This document shows, piece after piece, positions 38,311-53,220 of a stretch of 64,000 nt of DNA (positions are counted from its first letter, which is position 1; each line of letters starts with the position of its first letter). The position numbers were made by a program, and so were the translations under genes. A model generated the notes under the pieces. It made no database searches, was not told where the DNA came from, and was given only the letters and a program-made list of their open reading frames with translations. Origin of the DNA: Eledone cirrhosa. Taxonomy: Eukaryota. The stretch is from contig OZ024744.1 of NCBI GenBank assembly GCA_964016885.1, positions 75,144,001 to 75,208,000 on the forward strand, read 5' to 3'.

Positions 38311-38384
38311 GATCATAAATAATAATACTATTACGAAATTCACAATAGACAATCAAGGTACTTATACAAAATATAATGATAATG

Positions 38385-38481
38385 AGAAGAAGAAGAAGAA
38401 GAAGAAGAAGAAGAAGAAGAAGAAGAAGAAGAAGAAGAAGAAGAAGAAGAAGAAGAAGAAGAAGAAGAAGAAGAAGAAGAA
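38385..38481. repeat. (AAG)n microsatellite
   Basis: Pure trinucleotide run. Confidence 0.95.
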
Positions 38482-38770
38482 ATAGCAGCAACATTAACAA
38501 CAACAACAACATGGATGTGATAAAGAGTTATAATAAAAATGTTGGTGATAAGGATAATAATGCGATAGTAGAAATAGAAGGCAAATCCAATATGGCTTGC
38601 ATGAATCGGAAAAAGAAAATCAAATGAATTATAGCGATAAGACTAAATATATAATTAAAAATATGTAAAATGAATGAAAAGTGGAAAAGAATAACAAATC
38701 AGAAATAGTTTTTAATTAAAATGAACACAAGTAAAAATAGTATAAATAAATATCACCGAAAGCAAACAGT

Positions 38771-38842
<72 letters not shown>

Positions 38843-38857
38843 CTGTATGTATATATT

Positions 38858-38946
<89 letters not shown>

Positions 38947-38974
38947 ATATATATATATACTGTATGTATATATT

Positions 38975-39012
<38 letters not shown>

Positions 39013-39596
39013 TGTATGCATATATTTATATATGTATGTATATATGTATAAATAAACATCATCCAAAGCAAACAATCGAATATGTATATATATATATGTA
39101 TATGTATGTATATATATATATATATTTATTTATGGATGTATATGTATGTGTGTGTATCTATGTATGTATTATGTATGTATGTGTGTATGAATGTGTGTAT
39201 GTATGCATATATATATGTATGTATATATGTATTTATGTATTTATGTATGTATTTTTTATGTATGTATGCATATATGTGAATGTATATATATATATATATA
39301 TATGTATATATTTAAGTGCGTTTGTAAATGCTTTAAGCGTGTGGAAAAGATTTTTGATCGATCCTCCAGGATTTTAGAGGAAAGGTCACTGATAATCTGT
39401 ATCGACCAACAAAGCTACTAGCATTTATGGTTTCTGTAAATATTACAGGTTCCAGTAAGACTTTTCTGAAATGTGTATAAAGACTGTGAAAATTGTGTGG
39501 CAGCAACATTCCATCAGATTGGAACTGAGTATGCGGATCACATGTTCGAATATTTATGTGCGTATCGACCAGCAGGTTAACTTTAAATATTTGGTG

Positions 39597-39668
<72 letters not shown>

Positions 39669-39936
39669 TATGTATATACAGTATATATATACATATCTAT
39701 CTATCTATATAAATAAAATAAAATAACAGGATGCTGGACTCGTGTAAATCCTTGAAAGGTTTATTATACTATGATCATTTCAATGACCGGGTTCCATATG
39801 AATCCGGTGATACACAAAGGAAGATGGGTGAACTGCACTGCGTTGAGTACTCTTCACAATATTACACAAGGATGGACCATACGGAATGACCAGTTCTATC
39901 CAGTGGTGAACCAACAAACCTAAAGAAATATCTATT

Positions 39937-39992
<56 letters not shown>

Positions 39993-40218
39993 TGGCGACT
40001 CATTGGTAGGAGGAACTGGTATATTCGTTGTCGGAACCAATCGTAGATTGAACAAAATATATGTATATATATATATATATACGAATATACCAGTTCATCT
40101 TATCTTACCAATGAGTCACCCATCATATATATATATATATATATATATACATATGTTTTGTTCAATCTACGATTGGTTCCGACAACGAATATACCAGTTC
40201 ATCTTACCAATGAGTCAC

Positions 40219-40301
<83 letters not shown>

Positions 40302-40305
<4 letters not shown>

Positions 40306-40503
40306 AACAAGTAAGACCCCGACGGCTGAGCTCAAGCCGTTTCGACGGCTAATTCTGGACTAATTCTGTCCAGAATTAGCCGTCGAAACGGCTTGAGCTC
40401 AGCCGTCGGGGTCTTACTTGTTCCTATTACCCACTCTACTACCCTAAGTATTGAGTACTTTGGTGCGTTATGGTCCACCTGGTCCCTTACCACATTTCCT
40501 TCG

Positions 40504-40507
<4 letters not shown>
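40302..40507. mobile_element. fold-back element family F2 in (TA)n
   Basis: IR 40302-40424 plus an unpaired tail of about 80 bp; near-identical copy at 44801-44992; diverged relatives at about 8780-8890, 1180-1310 and 40585-40630. Confidence 0.85.
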
Positions 40508-40571
<64 letters not shown>

Positions 40572-40831
40572 TGGTATAGTTCGGATCTAGCTGTCGAATC
40601 GGACGGAGCTCAGCCGTAGGGGTCCTAAATCTTTATATATATATATATAGTAATAATAATAAACGTGAAGACTGAAATCTCAAGAGGCGTCGATAAGGAT
40701 AATATATATTTATAAATATATAAAACAGTAGAGCAAATATTTATTCAAATAACAGATTAAAGTTTAAGCAAAGAATCGGTGCTTTCAACCTTAACGGGAT
40801 CTTTTGAAGATCCCGTTAAGGGTGAAAGCAG

Positions 40832-40863
<32 letters not shown>

Positions 40864-40871
<8 letters not shown>

Positions 40872-41262
40872 ATACTTTGGGAGGCTCATGTTGCCAATAA
40901 GAAACACACGCACCAGTTGCTTCACTTCAATTTATTATAATAAATTTATAAATTTAGGAATTTATAAATTTCCGGATGGTTGGTTGGTTCCACAACCGGA
41001 TGATTGTTTATATATTGTCAAATTTCTTTCGTCACACATTCTGTGACCTCTTCTATTGGTTTCACAATCATCCGGTTGTGGAACCAACCAACCAACCGGA
41101 AATTTATAAATTCCTAAATTTATAAATTTATTATAATAAATTGAAGTGAAAGCAAGTGCTGCGAGTGTTTCTTATTGGCAACATGACCCTCCCAAAGTAT
41201 AACAATATGGGTTTCAACACACGTTTTCAGATAAAGAATCTTGCTAAACAAATTCAAAAACG

Positions 41263-41265
<3 letters not shown>
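40864..41265. mobile_element. fold-back element family F3 in (TA)n
   Basis: Inverted arms TTGTTATACTTTGGGAG..CTCCCAAAGTATAACAA plus a tail of about 58 bp; homolog at 62987-63550. Confidence 0.85.
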
Positions 41266-41300
<35 letters not shown>

Positions 41301-41821
41301 CTGAGAATACTCTGAGTTTCGAGAATTGCCGGAATTCACGGAACTGGGAATATTCTCTTCGTGATACGTTATATATGGCAAATATAATGGGTGTGGCTAA
41401 TAAAATGAAAAAGGAACTTGAAAGACTTTCCTTTAATTTATTTTAGCAAATAGATGTTAAGATATGAAAAATGACATATAATGTATTTATAATACCTACT
41501 TACTCAAACACACAAAACTATACTTCCTCATACTTCAATATGCATGCATATCATCATCATCATCAAATCTCACATTGATATGTATTTACAGGCATATACA
41601 CAGACATGCACATACAGTCACACATATACATATATGCAGGCAACTGTACACATATCAATACATACATATATCTACACGCACCCATGCTGACATATATAAA
41701 GAATAATGTTTAAACATATACATTCATATATTTGCTCTAACCGTAGAGCAAATATTTATTCAAATAACAGATTAACGAGCCCTCTTTGGATTCTAGTCTT
41801 GAAATTTATTATTATTAATAT

Positions 41822-41964
<143 letters not shown>

Positions 41965-43766
41965 AGAGAAAGAGAGTTAAAAGGGACAAACTCAATTTGT
42001 TGTGTTTTGTGAGGCTTTTTCGTAGTATAAAAATGATAAAGAGATATGTAAACTTTAATAAAACTACAAAAATAGCTTAGGTAAGTTTCCATTAAATTAA
42101 TACTGATGTTGACATAGAGCAACAATGAGTTTAACTGATAGTTCTGCTATTCTCTGGGATGATAGCTATTTTACTGTTGGAATTAGCACACAATAATTGT
42201 TTGTTCTGTGTTTCTAAATTTCAAACTTGTTTTTCTTGGGAATTATTTCTAGTGATTGATGGAATCTTGTAACATTAAAAATGATGGAAACTTAAATTGA
42301 CGAGTGGCATTGGAATGGTATAATAATCAGAACGGTTAGTGCACTACAGGAGTGTGATAAAGAAAGATGCTGTTAGCCGCAATATTACAGGCTAATGATA
42401 TGTTTAGTGGACGGTTTGGCTAGAGGCAAATTTATGAAAGTATTTGTCCAAATATAAAGATGCCGTTTTGGTTTAATGTAAATAAGAGAGAGGGGGGGAT
42501 TCTGATCAAAAGTGTATGATGACTCGTTAAAAGTACATCACTTTGTGGTAAATAGCGTTCCTTACTGGAATGTTCCTCCAGGCTAAATTATTACTTTTTT
42601 TTATGATTTACATTTTGGTGCTCTTGCAACAATAGCTCCTGCTGTAGTTATTGTTGCTACGGTCGTTGCTGTTATTGTTGTTGATGCTATTATTGTTGTT
42701 TCGTTCTTGTTGTTGTTCAGCCCCAGGTCAAACCTAATTGTGTAGACCTATTAACAAATGCATTCCCGTTATAGTTTCTTAGCCATGTTTGTGATGATAG
42801 TTTTCTTTTGTTTTGGGGGTCTTTTTCTGTGTTTTGTTTTTGTTCTTTAAGAAAAATTTAAATCTCGGATTTTCCCCAACCCATTTATTGTCAAGTTAAA
42901 CCTTGATCTAGATTAGTTTCTCAATATGAGGCGTGGCAATATTTTGATAGGGCGTGGGACTTCAGAATAGAAGGTTTATACTATACTAACTTTGTCTGAT
43001 CATGGTGGAGTGCAAGCGACATGAAACATACGCTGTTCAGAAACACTGTTCTTGATATAAGAAAATTATTCACACGTTTTCTAACTATAAATAACATATT
43101 GTATTAACGGCATGTTTAGCAGGTATCAGTAACTAAAAATTAATAATGCTCGTGTTTTGTGTCTGAAGATTATAGATGGAATGAGACCCAGTAGAGTTTA
43201 AAGTATCTATATTGTACTTAGAACATCTCCATGATCATGATCATAAACGCCACCATAATAAACATTATCATAACACTACTTACAACAACAACAGCATCAT
43301 TTTCAATCAACTCCTTCATCCCCATTACCACCATCATCATCATCATCATCATCATCATCACCATATGGGAACTAATCCACGCTTCGCTGCTTGTCATTTT
43401 GAAGGCAAACTATGGGAATTTTGGTCGTTCGCCGATAGGTTTCAGGTCGAACATGTTACAGTGCAGATTTCCTGCGTTCTTGGCCCCAGGACCATATTCC
43501 TATTCACTGCAATCGTGGTAGAGTTGGCCACAATCATGAGCGAGCCCTGCGATTTGGAATAGGGAATTCAGCATCTCTGAGAGAGTGATCTCGGGTGGTA
43601 CCTGATAAGTTTCCTCTTTTTTTTTATTACCTCTATATTAGACTTCGGTCTCAGTGCCACAGAAACACACACACACTCCCCCCTTCTATCTCTCTATATA
43701 TATAGATATATAGATATTCATACATACGTATATATATATATATATATGCATAAATATATACATACA

Positions 43767-43803
<37 letters not shown>

Positions 43804-43804
<1 letters not shown>

Positions 43805-44215
43805 CTAGCCGAGGTACCCGGCGTTGCTCGGGTATTAAATAGGCAGTTATGTATACCATTTATGTCAATACTTCTGTGCTGCTTCGAAAACTATACTTTT
43901 ACAAAATCATCGGCTTTTTCCAAAAGGGGGTCCTGCCTCCAGGGGTACCCTACTCTAGAAGTGCCAATTATGAGAGTTCACATTCATCTGTAGGACAAAC
44001 GTAGCCCATGTGTCAAGTTTTGTGAAAATCGGTTGCGAACTCCAGAAGTTATGACGTTTTGTTGCATTGTACTGCTTCCAAGGTTAAAGGGGCTTATCTG
44101 CCGGGAGGTCCTATAATCAATATCTGGAAAAATGAAAGTGTCCATGACCATCCGGAGTACATACGTAACCTATGTCTTAAGTTTGGTGAAAATGCTGTAG
44201 AAATGCATATGGCTT
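43804..44215 (-). mobile_element. non-autonomous Helitron-like element (3' end)
   Basis: Minus strand ends with hairpin CCCGAGCAACGCCGGG then TACCTCGG-CTAG-T, the Helitron 3' signature; the other boundary is approximate. Confidence 0.6.
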
Positions 44216-44739
44216 ACACACACACGCGCGCGCGCGCGCGCGCGTTTGTGTGTGTGTGTGTATGTATTTGTGTGTGCGTATGTATATGTATGTGTATGTC
44301 CGTCGGGGCATACGTATGTACTGGCCTAAATCTTCATTATTTACTTTTACTATCTTAATAACCTCTGTCGTTTTCATTTACAATTTTATTTACATCATTC
44401 TTAAACTCCGGGGCTGGAAATCATTCGGTTATTTTAAATAGCATATTAATTTACCGACTCCATTTATACCATAAACTTAGTCTTTGCATGAAATTGTTCT
44501 TCTCGGTCCACATAATGACGTATTATCCTCGCTTGTTTTCCGTTCATTGCCAGGGAACGTCTTCACGAACCAAAATATCGTCTTCCTGTTTTCCTTCGGT
44601 TGCAATGTTTCTCGAAATATTTACTTCTGCGTTCACAGATTGATTTTTTAGTTTCAGAAGATCCCGTTAATGTTGAAAGCAACGATTCTTTGCTTAAACT
44701 TTAATCTGCTCTTATAACAAATATATATATATACACAAC

Positions 44740-44800
<61 letters not shown>

Positions 44801-44803
<3 letters not shown>

Positions 44804-44989
44804 AACAAGTAAGACCCCGACGGCTGAGCTCAAGCCGTTTCGACGGCTAATTCTGCCAGAATTAGCCGTCGAAACGGCTTGAGCTCAGCCGTCGGGGTCT
44901 TACTTGTTCCTATTACCCACTCTACTACCCTAAGTATTGAGTACTTTGGTGCGTTATGGTCCACCTGGTTCCTTACCACATTTCCTTCG

Positions 44990-44992
<3 letters not shown>
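44801..44992. mobile_element. fold-back element family F2, second copy
   Basis: Almost identical to 40302-40507 with a shorter loop. Confidence 0.85.
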
Positions 44993-45028
<36 letters not shown>

Positions 45029-45532
45029 GAGAGAGAGATGCGTATTTTGTGTGTGTGTGTGTGTGTGCGGACATAAATATATAACACACACAGTCACAGT
45101 ACGTCTCGTGTGAAAGAGAGAAAGAGACGTTAGGTTGAGGAAAGGGGAGAGTTGAACAGTGTGTAAAGAATAGATAAATAAATAAAAGTTAAAGTTTCTC
45201 ACTCTCTTTCATTCTTTCTCAACCCCTCTCTCCCTTTTTTCTCATACCCTCTCTCTCTTTCTCTCGCTCTCTCTCTCACTCATACCCCCTCTCTCTCTCT
45301 CTGTCTTTATATATATATGAGTTTGTGTGTGTGTGTATGTATGTGTGCGTATGTGTGTGTGTGAACCAGCGTTCGTCGCCATTCTCTCTCTCTCTATCTG
45401 AATATCTTGTACCTCTCTCTGTATAACGGCCTATCTCACTCTCTCTCTCTCTCTCTCTACATCTTCCTTTCTCCTTTTAGATGTATATATATATATGTGT
45501 ATGTGAGTGTGCGTGTGTGTGTGTTTGTGTGG

Positions 45533-45885
<353 letters not shown>

Positions 45886-45908
45886 ATATATATAGATATA
45901 TGTATATA

Positions 45909-46500
45909 TATATAACTGAACAAAAAGGAAAAACGAACACATCATATATATATATATATATGTGTGTTCAAATCGTAATGGACCAAAATCGCTAAGGTGA
46001 AAAAATACTAACTACAGGCAATAGGGTTTGATGGACTCTGAGTTTCTAACTCAATACAAGCTTTTGATATATTTCGGCTCCGTTAATTCGTACAGCTATT
46101 TCAAATGTCGTGTAGACCCGGCTGCTATTTTTAGTAGCGTAAGTATGCGCGACACGCTAAGTTCGAGAACCATGTGCGTTATATATATACCCACATTTTC
46201 CAGTTTTCTATTTGACTTAGAAATAAGGAGGATACTAATTTCATCACTTACTGATGAGCCTGGAATTTGGTATATCTCTTCACAAATAATATTGCGAAAC
46301 GGTTCTATCAACGACCGTCTGGGTGATGGTAGGTACCACAATACTGGTTTGTATTTATTTTTCTTAATTTATTCTTAAATTGAGTCTAGCAAACCCTATT
46401 GCCTGTAGTTAGTATTTTTTTCACCTTAGCGATTTTGGTCCATTACGATTTGAACACATATATATGTCTGTGTTCGTTTTCCCTTTTGTTCAGTTATATA
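45909..46500. repeat. inverted repeat, about 115 bp arms around a 360 bp spacer
   Basis: Arms about 45909-46029 and 46391-46500. Confidence 0.85.
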
Positions 46501-46798
46501 CGGCTCGGAAAAATCTTTTTCCTAGAGTTAATTTACTGTAGTGAGACTATTTTGAGTTTCTAACTCAATACATGATTTTGATATATGTATATGCATATAT
46601 ATATAGGAACGAAAAGATTGATTCTTTTTAGCTTCCCATCCCCACGTAAAATGTGTAAATCAGTGGCTAGTTGAGAGATAGAGTCCTATCAGGTGCCAGT
46701 TGCTAATAGCTTTACCGTGTCAGTCATTACAAACAGTCATGGCTGGCATAGGCTGGTCTTAGGATTCTGTCGATCGATCGGATATTGATTAGGTAATA

Positions 46799-46908
46799 CT
46801 CGTTGATGAAGCCGCATAAGCTGATTGTGCATTGTTGCATAATATATGCAGACAGATGGTGCAGTGCACCTTACTGCTGCGTTAGTGCGGCAGAAACTCG
46901 AGTCCGGG
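46799..46908 (+). ncRNA. hammerhead-like motif with a large branched stem II
   Basis: CTCG-TTGATGA-a-GCCGCA..TGCGGC-a-GAAA-CTCGAG-TC-CGGG; partial relative at about 50620-50850. Confidence 0.55.
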
Positions 46909-47054
46909 AACTGTATAGGCATCCGTTTTACATGTGTTGTGTTGAAGCAAATAACTTTTTGTATACTCTGGGAATTTTTACATTGCCCATGGAGTGCGCT
47001 GAGATACAACCGGTACTGGCATTGATAAATATGCTGGGTCCATCAACTCCTTAT

Positions 47055-47182
<128 letters not shown>

Positions 47183-47401
47183 TGTGTGTGTATATAGGTT
47201 CTCCCAAACAAATGTATACACACTTTAATTACCTGTACAGGCGATATTTATTATAATGCAATGCCGTTGAATTGTGTATACATTTTGGGGACAAGTTAAA
47301 TAAAAACAAGATCCCATTATGAAATTTAAGTTAAAGATAAAAGTCATCTATGAGTTAATTTGTAATGTTTTATTAATAAAAATAAGAAGTGACTTTGCCC
47401 C

Positions 47402-47489
<88 letters not shown>

Positions 47490-47649
47490 AATGAAAGGAG
47501 ACTGAATATATATATATATATATATATATTCAGTCTCCTTCTCAACAAGGAAGATGAAAAAAACTTACCTCAACACTTAATATGCGCATATGTTTTATGT
47601 GTCTCTTGGGTTGAAAAGGAGGTCAAGTATGTTATAGATCAGTAAATAG

Positions 47650-47698
47650 TTGCTCCGAAGAATCCAAACCTCGGTTTGGAGGAAACAATTGTAAGCAA
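47650..47698 (+). ncRNA. type I minimal hammerhead motif, CCGAAGA core
   Basis: TTGCT-CCGAAGA-a-TCCAAACC-tc-GGTTTGGA-g-GAAA-CAATTG-TA-AGCAA; second copy 51150-51197. Confidence 0.7.
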
Positions 47699-47732
47699 AT
47701 AAATGACTTAAACTGAACTTTGATTATTGTAA

Positions 47733-47876
<144 letters not shown>

Positions 47877-48266
47877 TGAAAGGAGACTGAATATATATAT
47901 ATATATATATATATTCAGTCTCCTTCTCAACAAGGAAGATGAAAAAAACTTACCTCAACACTTAATTTAAAATCTTTAATTTTTAGTTTTTAATTATTAT
48001 TAAGTCTTTTTAATTGTAATACTCAACATTTTGTAAGATTAATTTTACTAATACATCGAGACCGGTAATACTTTATATACTTTATAAAACTCGATTTTAA
48101 AAGAATTGTCCATCTCATTTTTTCAATAATGTCACTTTGAGGAATCAAAGAAAAAAAAAGAAAGATAAAAAGACCCTTAAATATATTTTCCATGCTATTT
48201 CCAATTTCACTGTTTTGTATAGAACCTTACTACTCTTTTCATATATATATATATATATACATAATG

Positions 48267-48299
<33 letters not shown>

Positions 48300-49256
48300 T
48301 GCGTCTGTATGTCTGTATTCAATCCATTGTTAATATCCTGCCATGCGTTTTAGCTGGCTGTGATTTTACAACACAAATACATATTAATTCGCTTTGTATA
48401 ATTTAATTCAATAATGACTTTTTATAAAACATCATGTAACACGAGTAGTTTGTTTCAACGTAGATTCATTTTTATAACATGGAAAAGAATTCATATGAAA
48501 TTTTAAAATAAAATAAAAATTCATAATAAAAGGAACGTGTTGCAGAACTTTCATGAAGCTTTAATAAGTCACGTTGTTATTTATTACATTTTGACATATA
48601 TCTTTTTGTTTCACTCTTTTTTTTCGGGGCGGGGGGTAGTTCTTGTTTTGTTTCTTTTTTCTTTTTTTCGAGATATCTTTTTTTAGACACGAGGGAGCAT
48701 GGTCTCTAGCTTTGTAAAGAAGGTGACCGCCTCAAACGAGTAATCTAAACCCAGAATTACCTCAGGGATTCATTTAGGTTGGAGGGTTGCAAGCAGGTGA
48801 CCGAGCTACAAAGGTGAGCGATATAACAGGTTTGACTGTATGGAGCAATTTAGAGCAGTTATTAACAGCGGATTAATCATTTTAATTATTTATACCTTTT
48901 AATCTTTTAGAAAGTAAATTTTATTCTTCGTTTACGTATGTCCTAAATATTTGCAAAAAAAAAAAAAAGAATGAAAGTTTTAATTTGGTTGTTTTAATCT
49001 TTGTAGTTACATTTTCCTTTTATTTCTGAAATTCCATCTTAATACTTTCTATGGATTTATTTCGAAAGTTAGTCCGTGTATGAATAAAATAAGCTGAAAT
49101 ATAATATTACTATTTTTTACCTACACTTATTTGGCTAGAGATTTTAAAACAGATCGTGTATTGCAATTTAAGCATTTGCATTGAGAAAAACCAACGCACC
49201 CATTAAAACATGCAAGCACTATTATATTTATGTTTACATTATAATTTTAAAGCAGA

Positions 49257-49652
49257 GGCGGTGGATTGGCAGTATTGGTAGAGGGTCGGACGCCATGCTT
49301 TATAGCAAAGAGTTACGGCCCTTTATGGTCTGAGTTCAAATTCCGCCGATGTTAACTTTGCATTTCATCCTTACGGGGTCGATAAAATAAAGTACCAGTA
49401 ATACACTGGGATAATTGCTGGCCTTGTGCCATAAGTAGAAACAATTATAATTTTAAAACAGAGGATTGGCAATAGCGGTAGAACGTTGGACACCATGCTT
49501 TGCAGCATACATTTATGGTCCTTTACGTTCTGTGTTCAAATCCAGCCGACGTTAAATTTGCCTTTGCCTTTCAGTCTTACGGAGTCGATAAAACAAAGCA
49601 TCAGTAATGCGCTTGGGTAAATGCTGGCCTTGTGTCAACAGTAGAAACAATT
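49257..49652 (+). mobile_element. two tandem SINE family A copies
   Basis: About 49257-49447 and 49463-49652. Confidence 0.85.
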
Positions 49653-50017
49653 AAAATTTTAAAGCAGCAATAATATATAATACTGGATAATAAATTGTAT
49701 CATCGTACCACACCGTTAAATATCTTTTACACGATAGGATCTCATGAAAGAGAAGAAAAAAACAAAGTTTACAAGTCCTTATAACGTAATTTTTTCTTGA
49801 TTTAACAAAACCGCTTTTGGTATTTGTACAGGAGTGGCAAATAGTGTCTTATTAGATAGAGAAAATTCCTTGCTGTGTACGTGAAATCTAGGTAGTGTGG
49901 CATATGAAATATAATGTACTCCCCATTGTTCTGTTTTGTTAGGTACTGGATAAGGTGTTATTCATATAATGTAATTTTTCACTGAAGCCAGTCCAAATCA
50001 AAATATTAATAAAAGGT

Positions 50018-50103
<86 letters not shown>

Positions 50104-50269
50104 ATGTATATATGTAAATATATATACGTATATATATATATATATATATATATTTATGTATGTATGTATATAAATATATATACATATATATATATATATA
50201 TGTGTGTATGTATACATGGTGCACTGCACCATCCATCTGCATATATTATGCAACAATACACAATCGGCT

Positions 50270-50351
<82 letters not shown>

Positions 50352-50461
50352 TATATATATTTGTATAGATACATACACATATATATATATTGTATATATA
50401 TGTGTGTGTTGTATGTGTATGTATGTGTACATATATATATAAGCCGATTGTACATTGTTGC

Positions 50462-50527
<66 letters not shown>

Positions 50528-51002
50528 TATATATATTTGTATAGATACATACACATATATATATATATATTGTATATATATGTGTGTGTTGTATGTGTAT
50601 GTATGTGTACATATATATATAAGCCGATTGTACATTGTTGCATAATATATGCAGACGGATGGTGCAGTGCACTTTACTGCTGCGTAAAGTGCGGCCGAAA
50701 CACGAGTCCGGGAATTATTGTGTTTTATTGAAGTGAATAACTAGGTGTATACTCTGGGAGTGTATCTTACATTGTCCATGGAGTACGCTGAGATACAACC
50801 GGTCCTGGCATTGATAAATATGCTGGGTCCGTCAACTCCTTCTTATATATATGTGTGTGGGTAAATGAAGTAATTCCGTCGGAAATATCCCGAAAAAAAG
50901 AGTGCTCTATGTAGGTTACAGAGCTTATTAGTTATGTAATAAACAACATGAGATAATTATTTCATTTACCAGTGGTTTCTTGAAAGCAAACAAATATATA
51001 TA

Positions 51003-51042
<40 letters not shown>

Positions 51043-51231
51043 TTAATTAATTAAATGTTATAATGAATGTTGACCCACAATATTTGCATATGTATCTGTA
51101 TGTCTCTTGGGTGAAAAGGAGGTCATATAAGTGTTCATTCAATAATAAATTACTCCGAAGAATCCAAACCTCGGTTTGGAGGAAACAGTTGTAAGCATAA
51201 AAATGTTTTGAACAGTTTTTGATTATTATAA

Positions 51232-51299
<68 letters not shown>

Positions 51300-51431
51300 T
51301 TATGGAGAGAGTGAGAGATATATATGAAGGAGAGATATCAGGATTATACCAGCAGTTTGAAACTTGTATTTTTCAACAGAGTACTCAATACTAGGGACAG
51401 TAGAATTTAAGTACATTATAGTCCCGACTTT

Positions 51432-51490
<59 letters not shown>

Positions 51491-51629
51491 ATGCGTGTGT
51501 GAGAGAGAGTGTGTATGGGGGTTTCTCGCCTATCTTGTAGCAATTTTGGAAGTTAACTTCGGAGTTGGGGTGGGGCAGGAATTCACATATAGGCACGATA
51601 TGATGATGATGTATTCAATATTGTGCAGT

Positions 51630-52410
51630 TAAAATAAAAGGCACGGATTACTAAGATAGTAATGTGAGAGATACACTTCATTGATAGTAGAGCACTTTTT
51701 GCCCACATTGCTTAAGATATGCCGAAACAGCTAGATAACTTTACCAGAATTGCATCACAATTTTGCTTAAAGATTAACATCAGAAAATAGAATCTCGTTA
51801 CCAGCTTTAAAGGAACCTACTTGCTCCTGAAATAGAAAAAAAACTCCACTATTGGACATGAAGGACTAGCCCAATGCAAAACATTCAAATACCTAGGCAG
51901 CATGTATGACTGAACAAATAAATCTCATACAGAATGAGCAGAGATAGCGCTGCGTTAGGCAGGCTACAGGAGAGACTGGAAACAATAGGCATGGTTTTAC
52001 ACGTTAAAAGTAAGATATATTAAACTATAGTGATTTGTTCCCTACTGTATAAATCTGAAACCTGGACGGTCTATAAAGGTCATGTAAGCAAGTTACATGC
52101 ATATATGAGACAACTGGGGCAAATCATGAATATTACACTGTTTGACAAGATCCTCCGGTCTCCTGGTCCATGGAATCTTCATTGCTAGAAAGTTACGATG
52201 GGTAGGATACGTACACAGGATGTACAACAGCAGACTCGCCAGAAATTTCCTTTATTCCCAAATATGCACGGGTAAAACTTAGACTCAGATTTAAAGATAC
52301 TCGAAAAAGGAATATTAAGTGGAAAGGAATTCATCATAATAAATAGCAAACTCAAACGAAATAGAGACCAGTACGGAGAAATCTCATCAAAACATAGCAA
52401 TGACATGAAC
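51630..52410 (+). mobile_element. degenerate RTE/BovB-like LINE fragment
   Basis: LKINIRK, TFKYLGS, SAALGRLQERL, SLLYKSETWT remnants. Confidence 0.7.
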
Positions 52411-52706
52411 GGTCAGAGTCGCGTATATGCATACATATAAATGCGTACATATAAACATATCAATTTGAATTTTCTAGCATGTTTACATGCCTACAAATTA
52501 GATATACGTATATATTTATTTATACATGCTTGTGCAGTCTCGGTTAAATATTCTGTATTTATGCAGATATAACTTTATAACTTTATGTGTATATATATAT
52601 ACATATATGTTTGTTTGTATGTGTCTGCGCGCGCGCGCGAGTGCGTGCATCTCTTGTGTGTGTGTGTCTATCTGTGTGTTTATATATATATACGTAAATA
52701 CATTTA

Positions 52707-52743
<37 letters not shown>

Positions 52744-53220
52744 GTGAGGTTTATTTACAAAATGAAAAATAACCACGGTGTCCTATACGAGTGAAAGTAT
52801 AAAGAAAAAAAGGTGAAATCGAAAATGCAACTGGAGTCTTATTAAAAAAAAATATATAAATATTTATTTGGTTCCTTAACCGGTTTCGCAGTTCTTCTGC
52901 TTTTCAAAACTCTATATATATATATAATGGGGTGAAAAGGCAGAGTCGTTAGAACGACAGATAGAATGCTTCATGGTATTCATTCCAGTTCTCTACTCTC
53001 GGAGTTCAAATCCCGCCGAAGTCAATAAAAATAGGACCAGGCTAGTACTGAGGTACATTCTTCCTCTCTGGAAGAAATCTGCTGTACTCAGACCTGGAGA
53101 GGGATGGGCTCTACCAGCCTTAAAAGGACTAAGAAATGACATATTTCAATATGGTGTCCTAATGACACTATCAGGAGTTACTGAACCATACATACATCTG
53201 TGAATATATATATATATATA

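Noticed and set aside
42350-42600. Possible Helitron helicase remnant (NSVP..VPP)
   Set aside because: The resemblance covers only a few residues and could be chance
43365-43600. GC-richer island that might be an exon
   Set aside because: Short open frames with no recognisable motif; origin unresolved
48680-48830. Two possible small exons
   Set aside because: Only generic AG/GT boundaries; no supporting homology
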